20,186 nt of DNA from assembly GCA_964035545.1 (NCBI GenBank), contig CAXIUT010000232.1:1-20186 (forward strand), given 5' to 3'. The stretch is from Bugula neritina (taxonomy: Eukaryota; Animalia; Bryozoa). The position numbers were made by a program, and so were the translations under genes. Shown piece after piece: positions 9,741-20,085 of this stretch. The first letter of the stretch is position 1, and each line of letters starts with the position of its first letter. The notes below the pieces were generated by a model that was given only the letters and a program-made list of their open reading frames with translations, was not told the origin of the DNA and did no database searches.

Positions 9741-12094
9741 TCAAAGCATTCCTTTACTGAGAGTATTTTGGAGGGCACTTTATAAAGCTCCTTGTTTTTT
9801 GTAGCCTTGTAGAATATTAGCTCTTAATTTTTATGATGTCATTACTTATACTCCATTGATTTTTCTTCTTTCCATTAAAAATTTCTAAGGATGAAGGGCT
9901 TAGTTAGTCAAACCGAATCTAACCTGACTAGCTCCTGCACTACTCTAAGGTTTTCTTTTCTATTTTGATTTAGATGATAGTTGTGACTTGCTGCTATCAT
10001 TGAATTTATTTTAGATAGTTTTGTCTCCTTTTTTGAATTGATTTCCTACACCAAAATCAGGTATATCGAATGATCTGTCATTGAGTTGAGCAAATTATAA
10101 ATTAGTGAACAAATTTTATACTTTTTTTCTATCATAGCCTCTTTTATAAATGGCTTCGAGTCCTTCGAATACGTTTAACAAAAATTAGAAATTTCTCATT
10201 ACATGTAAATTAGTTCCATGACATTTCCAAGGATTATCAAGATACTACTATATTTATTTCTTCTTTTCTTCACTATCTTAAATTTCTCTTGAGTTATAAT
10301 TGGGCCAATTCGTTGATAGAACAGCTGTAAAATCTAAATATTAAACAATATACCATTATTAGTATAAAGTGATAATGATGAAACCAACCACCTCTTGCCT
10401 TTGTTTTACATTATTGCAAAATTGTTACAAGAATTGAATTTTGATATCTTTTAGTTTCTCCATAAATCATATACACGTAAATTGCCATTAGCATCTAATA
10501 CGTAACTCACACCCACATTTGATATCTTTATCGCTATGATTGGATAGTCACGTTTAGATTAGAACACATTTGTTCTTTTTACTTAGTTTTTCTTAGTGAG
10601 AATATTGTCGATGTTGACTTATCCTTTGCTACTGCCAGATACTAGCTTCCATCCTTAGAAAAATGATAAACAACTTACAGAACCCTGATGCTTAGCTGTA
10701 TTCATAACTATGCTAAGAGTGCTAGTTGACCATACTGAAGTAACGCCGTTGCTCATTCCAGTAGCGAAATACAAACTATCTGGATTAGATAAATTAGTAG
10801 CTGATATTTAATATATATTTTTGAGCGTTTTCGTGTTTCTAAGAGCTACTTTCTGACTGATATATTATTTTTTTGATTTGGCGAAGGCCTAAGGAATTAC
10901 TTGTAAGAAATGTTGAATGTAGATATAATCAGGATAGTATGTAGGTTTGCTATGGAAGAGATATCCAACATAGAATTGTTTGGTATTGGTCCATCCGTAT
11001 ATTATTTTTTATGCTATTTCGATAAATCTGCCCTTCTAAAATTGTTTTTTTCTTTATAGTTATACTTTAGAACTAACAATCCAAACAAAAGGTTCATATT
11101 TGGGCTTAGGGTAGTCAGGACTGTTATCAAGACCATGTTCAAGTATAATCTATCTTTTAGTTAAAATATCATTGAAGTCAAAATTATCTTTAGGGACCTA
11201 TTCTACGGGAGGTGGAGCCTATTTTTTATCATCTTTCTTTTTTGGATCTTTTTTTGGTTATTATTGGACTATTTCAGGTGGTTTTTCTATAGTTTGGGAA
11301 AGAGGAGGTGGAGGTTTCTTTTTGCCATTGAATTTTATTGAAAAAATAGATTATTTAATAATTTGACTTTAATTTTAAATAAGAGCATAACTAAGAGGAT
11401 ATCTCAATCGTTTTTTAAATTCTTACTCTTCCAGCTGGATAGTTTGACTTCTATTAATAGCTTAGAGATCAATCTTCATCTCAGGAATCCGATACAACTG
11501 AATATTTCCATCAAAAGTATACACGAAAAGCAACCTAGAATATTCTTAAAATTGACAGCGATAGGCCAAAGTGCTAGGATTCTCAATATCTCCTATCTAT
11601 ATTTCATAAGCAGACATCAATTTCTGCTCTCCATGCTTATACCTCAAAACATATATCTTATTGCAACTATTCAAAACTACAGCAACAGTGGTAAAGGTCG
11701 TATCTCCATCAGTAATCAACGACTCAGAAATAAAACAGACTCGATGACCTGCAGACAGCTCTTTCTTTGAAAAGATGGCTTTCTTGGCCAAATCGACCAA
11801 ATAGACTGTTCCATTTTTATCACCAACGAGTAAGTGGTTGTGTTGGTTGGACTGATCTGAAAAGCAGACTATGCTTTATAGGTCGAGAGTGTTATTCGAA
11901 TAGTAATCTTTGACTCCGCCTTAGTAATTTGCATGTTTTTGTTTTTGGTCGATTTAAAAAATAGATAGGTTGAGGCGGTGCATGATGGTTGTTTGAAGGA
12001 TTTCGTCGATTAGGCCGTAGGGTTGGGGAAGGTGGTCTTCGCGATTATCTGGGTCTGAGATGTTCCACTCGTCAAGATCTAATTTAGTTTTCAT
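9741..12094 (-). CDS. WDR93: WD40-repeat protein, WDR93-like (cilia-associated), 777 aa
   Basis: ATG 12094-12092, TGA 9743-9741, one 20-nt intron 10334-10353; spliced 2334 nt. N-terminal DPDNREDHLPQPYGLIDEIL matches the WDR93 signature (DPD...D.LPQPY..I..L) as recalled. WD repeats include FATGMSNGVTSVW, KHQGSVSCLSF...LVSGSSKGEV and DANGNLRVYDL. Confidence 0.75.
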
Positions 12095-12245
12095 CAGTTA
12101 TATATAATGAGATAACTACAATAATCAAATAAACTCATAAATCTTTATCAAGGCCATAAAGGTCTAAAGTAATGGTTATAAGTCTTAAGTAACTGTAGTA
12201 ATCTATTTATCTTATAATGATTAAATAGGAAAGTAAGATCTATAA

Positions 12246-13669
12246 ATGTACCAAGAATAAAATGAAGACGATGAGAAGTATATTCCCTCACATCTGCTGG
12301 ACGGTACTACTCCCTCATTTAGACGATGATCTTCCTACTAGTACAACTATGAAAGCCACTAAAACTTCATAACATTAATTTGCTTATTCTGCTCCTCTCA
12401 TGCCGAACACTCTTGCCTACAGAGTACTTTTAGATGAATTAAGATTGAAGAAGATTTTTTCCAGTAAAGAAGAAAATAGTAAGCTGATCAAAGAGATAGA
12501 GAGGGAATTTAATCTGAATGGGCTCTTGCCAATTCTGTCAGAAAGTAATTTTATATTTATTTTAGATTGAGTTTGCAGAACTAGGGATAGTTTGACAGTT
12601 ATGAGGGTGAGATGGTCGAAATGCCTTAAGCTAACTACTACCCTATATACTCTCCTTAGGAGGAAATAATGAATAATATCCACTATGTATTTGAGTGGTC
12701 AAAAGATCAATACGGTTCTAGAAATATACAAAATGCACTTATGAATGGCAATTATCTCTTCAATCAAAAAATATATCAGATATTGGCACCACATTTCAAC
12801 TATCTTGCTTATCATAAATTTGGAAACTATGTGTTACAGGTATTGTTGGATGTTTGTACATAAGGACAGAGATAGTAAATTCAGGATATAGTTATCAAAG
12901 AAATATTGTTTATGAGTTTACATAACTATGGGTGTAGAGTAGTGCAAAAAGTTATCTAACAGTTGGATAGAGACATTTCTAAACAAAAATAAGTAGTAAA
13001 ATAGTTAAAAAATCAATTCAATCAACTAATTCTCAATCAAAATGGAAATCATATTGCACAAAGAATCATATAAATCTTTGATGGATCAACCATTCAATCT
13101 CTAAGCTATCTCATTTCAAAATAAGTATTAATCATTAAATACAGCTTAATAAATTATCTTTTCATCCTTTTGGCTGCAGAGTAGTTCAAAAGTATCTCTA
13201 GGCTGGTAGTGATCAATAATTAAAAAGATAGATTATGGACAGATTGATCTAACTGACCCTTCCTTTATCTAAATGCCAATATGGAAATTATATCGTTCAG
13301 TTTATAGTTAACAGCTAACTAAAATAAATATAAAAAGTGTTGGATATCCTTTTGGATAATTTCTTTTAACTATCCAGAAATAAATATGCTAGCAATGTTA
13401 TTGAAACAGTTATCAAAAGAAGAAATAAATATTTTATCGAAAAAGCACTCCATATCTTATCCACATCTAAAGAGTAACTATATATTAAATTTAGAGCAAT
13501 ATAATTAGCTAAAGATCACTATGGAAACTATGTAATTCAAAGTTTAATCGAGCAAAGCAACTCATAAAGAAGATCTATTCTAAAAAAAGTATTTTTATAA
13601 GGAAATCACTAACTCAACAGATCTCAATACGGAAGACATGTTCTTGCGCAACTAGATAAACATAAATGA
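12246..13669 (+). CDS. Pumilio/PUF RNA-binding protein with 8 repeats, about 440 aa
   Basis: ATG 12246, TGA 13667-13669. Introns 12304-12322 (19 nt), 12424-12443 (20), 12545-12565 (21), 13125-13144 (20), 13474-13494 (21); the two 21-nt ones are in-frame and less certain. Repeats: DQYGSRNIQ, HKFGNYVLQ, HNYGCRVVQ, NQNGNHIAQ, HPFGCRVVQ, CQYGNYIVQ, NKYASNVIE, DHYGNYVIQ, then YGRHVL. Confidence 0.93.
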
Positions 13670-13765
13670 TGCTGTAAAGATATTATTTGTCTTTTTTTGT
13701 TTATTTTATCAATTTTAACGAGATATCTCATATCTAAAATATCGATAATTAGTTTAACAGACATA

Positions 13766-15138
13766 ATGAGCATCCTGGCTACCAACCTCAAGAAATCTAA
13801 GGGATCAGCTTCCTCCAAAGACCAAAACCTTTCCTCGTAACAAAGAAATTGTTCTGCCTATGATTATAATCGTTCAACAGTCAAACGTCTGTTCTCATCT
13901 GTTTTTTCAATCGTATCTATTTTGACATTCAGATCGACAATGACCAGGAAATCAGTCACTTCGATTAGTATGACCATTCATCCAAAATTGATAGAATACT
14001 CAATAATACAGAATTCCTCACACATCTTCATAACAAAATTAGAAATTAAGGGTTCTATTAAGGCTATAAATTACCCGTCCTTAGACTCTCAATACTTCAA
14101 GATAAAAGTGCAGGCTACTTCACCAACTCATTTTAGTTGGATCAGGGTGATCTATACAGTGCTATGAGCAAATTTGGATAACTCAATAAAATTATTTTAA
14201 CTAGAGATCAAAAAGAAGCATATATCTTCTTTAATACCTTTGTCAATGCATATATCTGCTTTAAGTTGCTAAGTAAAGTTAATTTGGCTTCTGGAAACTC
14301 GTAAATTAGACTGGAATGGATTCATAACAGTGGATATCAGCATGAAGTTACTACATAAATACAAAATTTTGCAAGTTTAATAAAATGGGAATCTATGGCT
14401 GAAAGTTCTAGAGATATAAGTGAATTTGGAGAAGAATTTTCATCTTATGGAGGGAGACAAAGCAAATTGACTTGTAGATATGATATTCAAATATAAAATT
14501 AAAGATAATTTCAAGTAGCCAGAAGGATAATAGGACCTAAAGGATGCAATATGAAACGAATTATTGATTAGTCTGTTTCTCAAGATATCAAAAACAATGC
14601 TTAAAACCTCAACTAACTTTTAAAACTTAGATTAAGAGGTAGAGGGTCTGGGTATAAAGAAGGTCCAGAACAGCTATAATCAGTATAAAATTTGCATTTA
14701 TGTGTTAGTGCAAAAGATTAAGTAGTGTATAACCAGGCTTGTTCAAAAGTAGAAAAACTACTTTCATCGATTTACCTGGAATATGCCGAATGCACAAAAA
14801 GACAAGGTAAAATAAGCTAGCTAAAAATAAAGAAAATAGCCCTAGGACAAAATCCCACTTTAGAATAAAACAACAGCTATAACAACAATACAATCAAAGC
14901 CTAACCTCAAGGAAACGATGAGATACCTGAAAGAGTCTAAGGAGAGTAAATCTACAGAATATCTCCTCAAAAAATAGCATAATTACTATAGTTGAGAAAC
15001 AAAGCAAGGAGAGAATTGAATTTTAGCTAAGCTGATAGAATAAGAAATTATTTACGAAGTGTTGGGGTTTGTCTAATAGACGAGAAAGGTCGTAGGGGAA
15101 GAGCCAATGAAGTAACTACATGGAAATATCTCTACTGA
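13766..15138 (+). CDS. RRM-like + KH (KHDC4/SF1-type) RNA-binding protein with C-terminal CysRS anticodon-binding-like domain, 450 aa
   Basis: ATG 13766, TGA 15136-15138, one 20-nt intron 13913-13932; spliced 1353 nt. RRM-like DLYSAMSKFGELNKIIL...EAYIFF...IRLEW. KH: FQVARRIIGPKGCNMKRII...KLRLRGRGSGYKEG...LHLCVSA. C-terminal IAELLELRNKARRELNFSEADRIRNYLRSVGVCLID...TTWK. Confidence 0.88.
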
Positions 15139-15191
15139 ATTAAATGATAGAACAATTAATATAATTATCTTAACTTTATTTACATCTTTTT

Positions 15192-16862
15192 ATGAGGCTG
15201 CATAAAAATAATATGCTATAAGGATAGTTCAAACAAATTACTCATCTATTCTACAAGGCAGACTATCAAGAAGGACTACCCTATATTGACAAACTTCTTT
15301 AAAACCACTCTAGAAATGCTAATCTTCATTTGAGTCGAGCTCTATTTTGTTCACAGTTGGAAGATGATTAATAGGCAAAGATCTAAATAAAGAAGTCTTT
15401 ATAAATAAATCCTAGAAATTACATAGCGTATTTTAATTTGTTTTCGATATCTTATCGAAACAATCGAGACAAATAAGCTTTTGATTATCTTTGTTGTAGT
15501 TTATCATGTCTGTATTTGATGAAAGCAAAGCATAATAAAAATTATTAATATGCTTTAAAAGCTATAAAATATAGTTCTAACAATATAGAAGCTCATGTGC
15601 TTAAAGGATTATTTCTCTTGGAGAATTAGAAATATATGGAGGCATATTTTTGTTTTTAACAGGCCATTAATATCGAACCTTTGAATGATAAATTGTCTAA
15701 GTTGAAAGAGTGTGCTTTTGAGAAGGCGTATCCTGGACAAAGATTGGCTAAAGATTATTATTTTGCTTAAGATTAGGTTTATAAATAAAAAATACTTAAA
15801 TGTTCTTACGTCACATTAAAAAATATTATTGAGTAAATCAACTAAAAATTAAATTAATTTAACGATCTGTATAAATAAATAAGTTAAAATATCGAGGCTA
15901 TTACACATCAAATACCAAAAGATGGAAATAATTCAAGCTTTTTAAATAAAAAATCATTAGTAAAGGCTACTTCTCATCATAATAATAGTAATGTTGATGG
16001 AAATACTGTAGAAATTTAGGATCCTGGTTTGAAGACTCCATAGCAGTCGTAAATGCGTCCTTAGCCAGGAAATATATATATAAGAGAATCAAGGTCTTCT
16101 CGGATTTATAAAGATGAGACAGAAAGTTCAAAAATAAGTGAATTTAAATCTATTCTTGAAATATCTGTATCAAAACAAGAGCATCAAGAAGAAGAATAAG
16201 CCTTTTAGGAGTTTTAATCAATTTTGAATCATTAACAAGAAGATCATCTCCTTTAAGATAGTTGTCTTTCAAAATAAATATCACTGCAGATATAAAAAGT
16301 TTAGTAAAAAGCCAGTTAGTTCAACTAATTATCACTAAAGACAGAAAATAAAACTCAAAATGAATAATTTGAATAAATTCCAACTGAAAAATAACAAATA
16401 AATGAAAAACAATAAGACAACTACAACTTGATATACCCTTTAGACGACTATATGAAATTAAAAATAAAAGTTCTTCAAGTTAAATTTAATTCCTCTGCTT
16501 AAAATACCTAAAACTGGAAAGATATATACTGTATAATAAGTTACAACTCAAATAAAACTAAATTATCAACATTTTTGAAAAGTTGTGAGTAAAAAGAATG
16601 TATTTGGAACCAATAATTCAATCCAGTTAATATAGCTAATGATCCTTCTGATATGAAATTGAAAATATACAATAAAAAGTACAATTCAGTGAGAGATTAA
16701 TTTATTGGTGATGTTTAGGTGTTAATAACAACGGCTGATCTATTGAAACTTCCTTTCTTTTCGAAAAAAGGAATATAAATGGGAACAATCGTTGTCCAAC
16801 TTGAGTTGGTAGAAGTTAAACCTTAGCCAGTCAAAGAATAGGAATCTGTTGATTAGGAATGA
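15192..16862 (+). CDS. TPR-repeat + acidic linker + C-terminal C2 domain protein, 556 aa, intronless
   Basis: ATG 15192, TGA 16860-16862, 1671 nt open. TPR-like AKIEIKKSLEINPRNYIAYFNL and EAHVLKG...YMEAYFCFEQAINIEP. C2-like LKIKVLQV...YCII...IWNQEF...LKIYNK...DEFIGDVEV...MGTIVVQLEL. Confidence 0.82.
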
Positions 16863-16926
16863 TCTAAATATTATTTATTTTTGTATCTATAATAGATTAT
16901 ATGAATGATTCATGATCGATGCTTCT

Positions 16927-18030
16927 TCATTGAGTTGATTTTCTCTTGTTGAAAAACTATTAAAGTTCGTTTAGTTCTGAATCACTGAAATTTGGAATAT
17001 TCACATTGATTTTCACGTATAGGTTTCCTTTCTAAGAAGAATTATGGAAAGGCATTCCTTCTCCTTCTAACACTTTCACAGATCCTGGTTGGGTGATATC
17101 CTACTCAGATACAACTACCAATCTGCCGTCAAGATGAGTTATAGTTTTAGAGAATCCTAGTAAGGCCTGTATAAATAAGAAAGTACTTATTCAAGAGAAA
17201 TAACGATTTAGGTGTGAAGATTATTGTGTAGTCTTGTTAGTTGAGGATGTTAAATTTGTACAAGTTAGAAGACGATATCTGAAGGAGCTCCTTGCATTCT
17301 CTCATCACCCATATTGGTGTATCTCAGATCAGAATTACTAGGTGTCCCTGGAGCAACTTTAAGAGTAAACTACTAAACACCAGGTATGATTTTCTGGGAA
17401 TGGCATAAATGACACTTTCTGCCAATAACTTTTCCTTTTCCTTGGCAGCGAGGACATACTTGTGTATACATATTATAATATCCTCCACCAAGTTAAACTC
17501 TTTTGGTGACTCTTCCTTGTCCTTTACATTCTTGACAAGTAGCTACATCATAAGGATTTTAAGCTCCTGTTCCGTGGCAGTGAGGACAAGCTACTTGTTT
17601 TTAAACTAGCACATCTAATTACTTTCCTAAATAAAAATCTTTCAATTCTAAAAAGACTTTTATTTTGAGTTCTGGACCTTTTAGCTGATTGAAATCGAAT
17701 TGTTGGTAGACAGTAGGATCATTCATTTTTTAGATGCCTACTCGGTCATATAAATATTTTTTATCATCATCGTAAAGGGTTTAATAAGCTACATTTTATA
17801 ATTAGTACCAACATTGATTTTTTAGAATTTCTATCTAGATCCAGATTTAGTATTTCTATCTGGATGATACTTTTTTGATAACTTTCTAAAAGATTCTCGA
17901 ATATCTTCCTGGCTCGCACTAACTGGCAATTCTGCATCAATTTTACAGTACATAAAGCATCATAGTAAGACCTGTCAAGGATCTGCTGTGTGAGGTAAAG
18001 TAAACTGACAAGTAGGGTAATGGTTTTCAT
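16927..18030 (-). CDS. Type I DnaJ/Hsp40 with signal peptide (ER lumen, Scj1/ERdj3-like), 347 aa
   Basis: ATG 18030-18028, TGA 16929-16927. 20-nt introns 17932-17951, 17789-17808, 17167-17186; spliced 1044 nt. Hydrophobic leader MKTITLLVSLLYL; J domain with KYHPDRN and AYETL; zinc fingers CPHCHGTG, CQECKGQG, CPRCQGKG, CHLCHSQK; C-terminal ISLEEALLGF..ITHLDGR and GEGMP, KGNLYV. Confidence 0.94.
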
Positions 18031-18110
18031 ACGTGTTATCAATTTTAATATAATGATACTAATCTTAAATTAAAAATAATAAAAACAGAAACGATACAAA
18101 TCAGAAATAA

Positions 18111-19680
18111 TCAAGCGATGGCTTATACGATAGACAATCTGATTGATTCAAATTTTCTTTATAGCTATCTTAATTCATTAACTTTTCTCAAATATTTGGC
18201 ATAACTCTATTTAGCCAATTCAACTCGATGTTCAATGGCTCTTACGCTGATATCATAATTTCTGTATTTATTTTGATACTAATCTTTGTATTTGCAATAT
18301 TAACCCTGATATCTTTCGATTTCATTGATCAAATCTTCAATTTTATTTCTTTAGATAGGCACATGTGATTTTTCAGGAGGATTATCCAGTCGATAACTAA
18401 TCTACTTTATCTTTTATGTCAGATTTAGTATCTATTTGTTGAGTTGAATTTCGTCGTAGGTATGGTTGGCTGAATATCAATACAAATACATAGTCTGATG
18501 ATTTATATTTATGAAATTAGGTGGTTTCTGTAGTCTTGTTGATCTTTGAAGTATTTTTTTAATTGATCGGATTTAGAATTATATTCTAGATCTTTGTATT
18601 TTTTATTTAATTCTGTTAGATTTTTTTATACTGAATCCATTTTTGTTAGGAGTTGAGGGAGTCCTTATGAACAGGAATACCAATTGTTATATACTTTTAA
18701 TATTTTTTTTAATTAGGATTATAAAGCTGCTACTACTCCAAGGCAATATGTGCTATTCTATTTTTATCTACTTTTTATATCTTTTAGTTCACGGCATTTT
18801 GATTCTATTAGATGGTGATATTCAAAATTATCTTTTTATTTCATCTTCTATTTCTAAACTTCACATCTCTTTTTTTATTTTATTTATAAACTCATAGCAT
18901 AATGTAAATCTTGTAGTCTTTATATTTATATTTTTAATTACTCCCTATCAGAAAATAGTTCAAGCACATCTTTAACTCTTCCCATTTATCTATTCTATTT
19001 CTTGAAAGATAATTCAATATCTCCAAACAATTACTTAACAATATCATCGATATTACTTCTTTTTCCTTGATGGCTATCTTTGAGATAAAGAAGATATTTC
19101 AACTTGGCTTGATATACTTTCAACTAAAACTTCAATTTTATCTAATCAAAGCTAGTTTAGTTAGTTTTATCAAACTAGTTATAAAGCAAATCGTTTAATT
19201 CAGCGATTTTTGAAGTTATAGTATCATTGATGTTCTTCAAATTCTACTCAAGAAGTTAAAGTTATGACATTTTAGGTTTATCGATATTTATCGCTTATTT
19301 ACTAAAATATTCAGAAATATCAGATTCTAACTAAAATAAAGATTACTTTAGAGGTCTGCTTTTGCCTTTTTTATTTATTACGATGTCTTTAAGAATTACT
19401 TCACGCGGGTTTTCAAGTTGTCCACTTTTTTCTATTACTCTATCAACAGTAATTCTTGTTTCTATAATTCAGAAGGAGACTAAAGAGATGAACCAAGAGA
19501 GCATGCTTCAGGAAATGTTAAATAATCTATTTTTTATTTTTATGGTTTAATGACTATATCGTGGGCTTTTGCTTGGTCGATAAAAGTTTTTTCTATGTAG
19601 TTAGTCAATGAGAAGTCGATGTAGTTTTGACTGACTGTGAGATAAGTGAATAGAATAAGACAGATAAGATATCCTTTCAT
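18111..19680 (-). CDS. Secreted coiled-coil-rich hypothetical protein, 509 aa
   Basis: ATG 19680-19678 with signal-peptide-like MKGYLICLILFTYLTVSQ, TGA 18113-18111. 20-nt introns 19327-19346 and 18470-18489 are each needed to avoid a TGA; spliced 1530 nt. E/K/L heptad-rich. Confidence 0.82.
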
Positions 19681-19830
19681 AGTTTAAGAAAGTTTATTAA
19701 TGCTAAAATTTATTTGATCAATAAATTTTCAATTGCCTTAAAGATTTAATAAAGGCGGTTGATAGATTATTTAAATCATATATTATGGACAATAATGACT
19801 ATCTATATTACAAAGAAGAATATCGATTTA

Positions 19831-20007
19831 TCATTTACTGTTTTTTCTTTGAATAGCACGATCAACTTTTTCTTGCATTATTTTATGTTCTTATTAAGTT
19901 GGTTTAGAAAATATGTAGGAAAAATTAAAGGATTTGTTAAGCTTTTTTATTGGAGTCTTTAAAAGACCCATCCTTATCTTCTCTTGAATAGTTAACTTTT
20001 TAAACAT
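19831..20007 (-). CDS. Candidate small protein, 58 aa (MFKKLTIQEKIRMGLLKTPIKKLNKSFNFSYIFSKPTEEEHKIMQEKVDRAIQRKNSK)
   Basis: ATG 20007-20005 to TGA 19833-19831. It fills the only large gap, and the minus strand is A-rich like the other coding strands. An overlapping 83-aa plus-strand ORF (19785-20036) competes. No homology recognised. Confidence 0.35.
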
Positions 20008-20085
20008 ACTACTTAATTATTATAAAACTAATATGATTTTTAAGATACAGAATCATTAACTATAGATTTGATTATTTACATTGTT

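Noticed and set aside
15060-15070. Internal telomere-like TTGGGGTT (similar single units near 413 and 12022)
   Set aside because: Single units inside coding sequence, explained by codons.
18118-18276. Plus-strand 52-aa ORF MAYTIDNLIDSNF... just after an ATAATCAA motif
   Set aside because: It lies wholly antisense to the last exon of the 18111-19680 gene, which explains the region once the 18470-18489 intron is removed.
147-19680. Functional clustering (two ER chaperones, two ciliary genes, two adjacent RNA-binding genes)
   Set aside because: These categories are abundant in ciliate genomes, and 12 genes cannot show non-random clustering without synteny or expression data.
316-19962. Supplied six-frame ORFs as genes
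   Set aside because: They were computed with TAA/TAG as stops and without introns. Most are antisense or off-frame shadows; a few (4360-4557, 4711-4893, 8133-8429, 11597-11800, 12669-12863) are fragments of real genes.
19681-19990. Minus-strand frame open on both sides of one TGA (about 19776-19778), suggesting readthrough or selenocysteine
   Set aside because: No start codon or homology supports it, the downstream gene has its own ATG and signal peptide at 19680 in another frame, and long open frames are common when only TGA stops.
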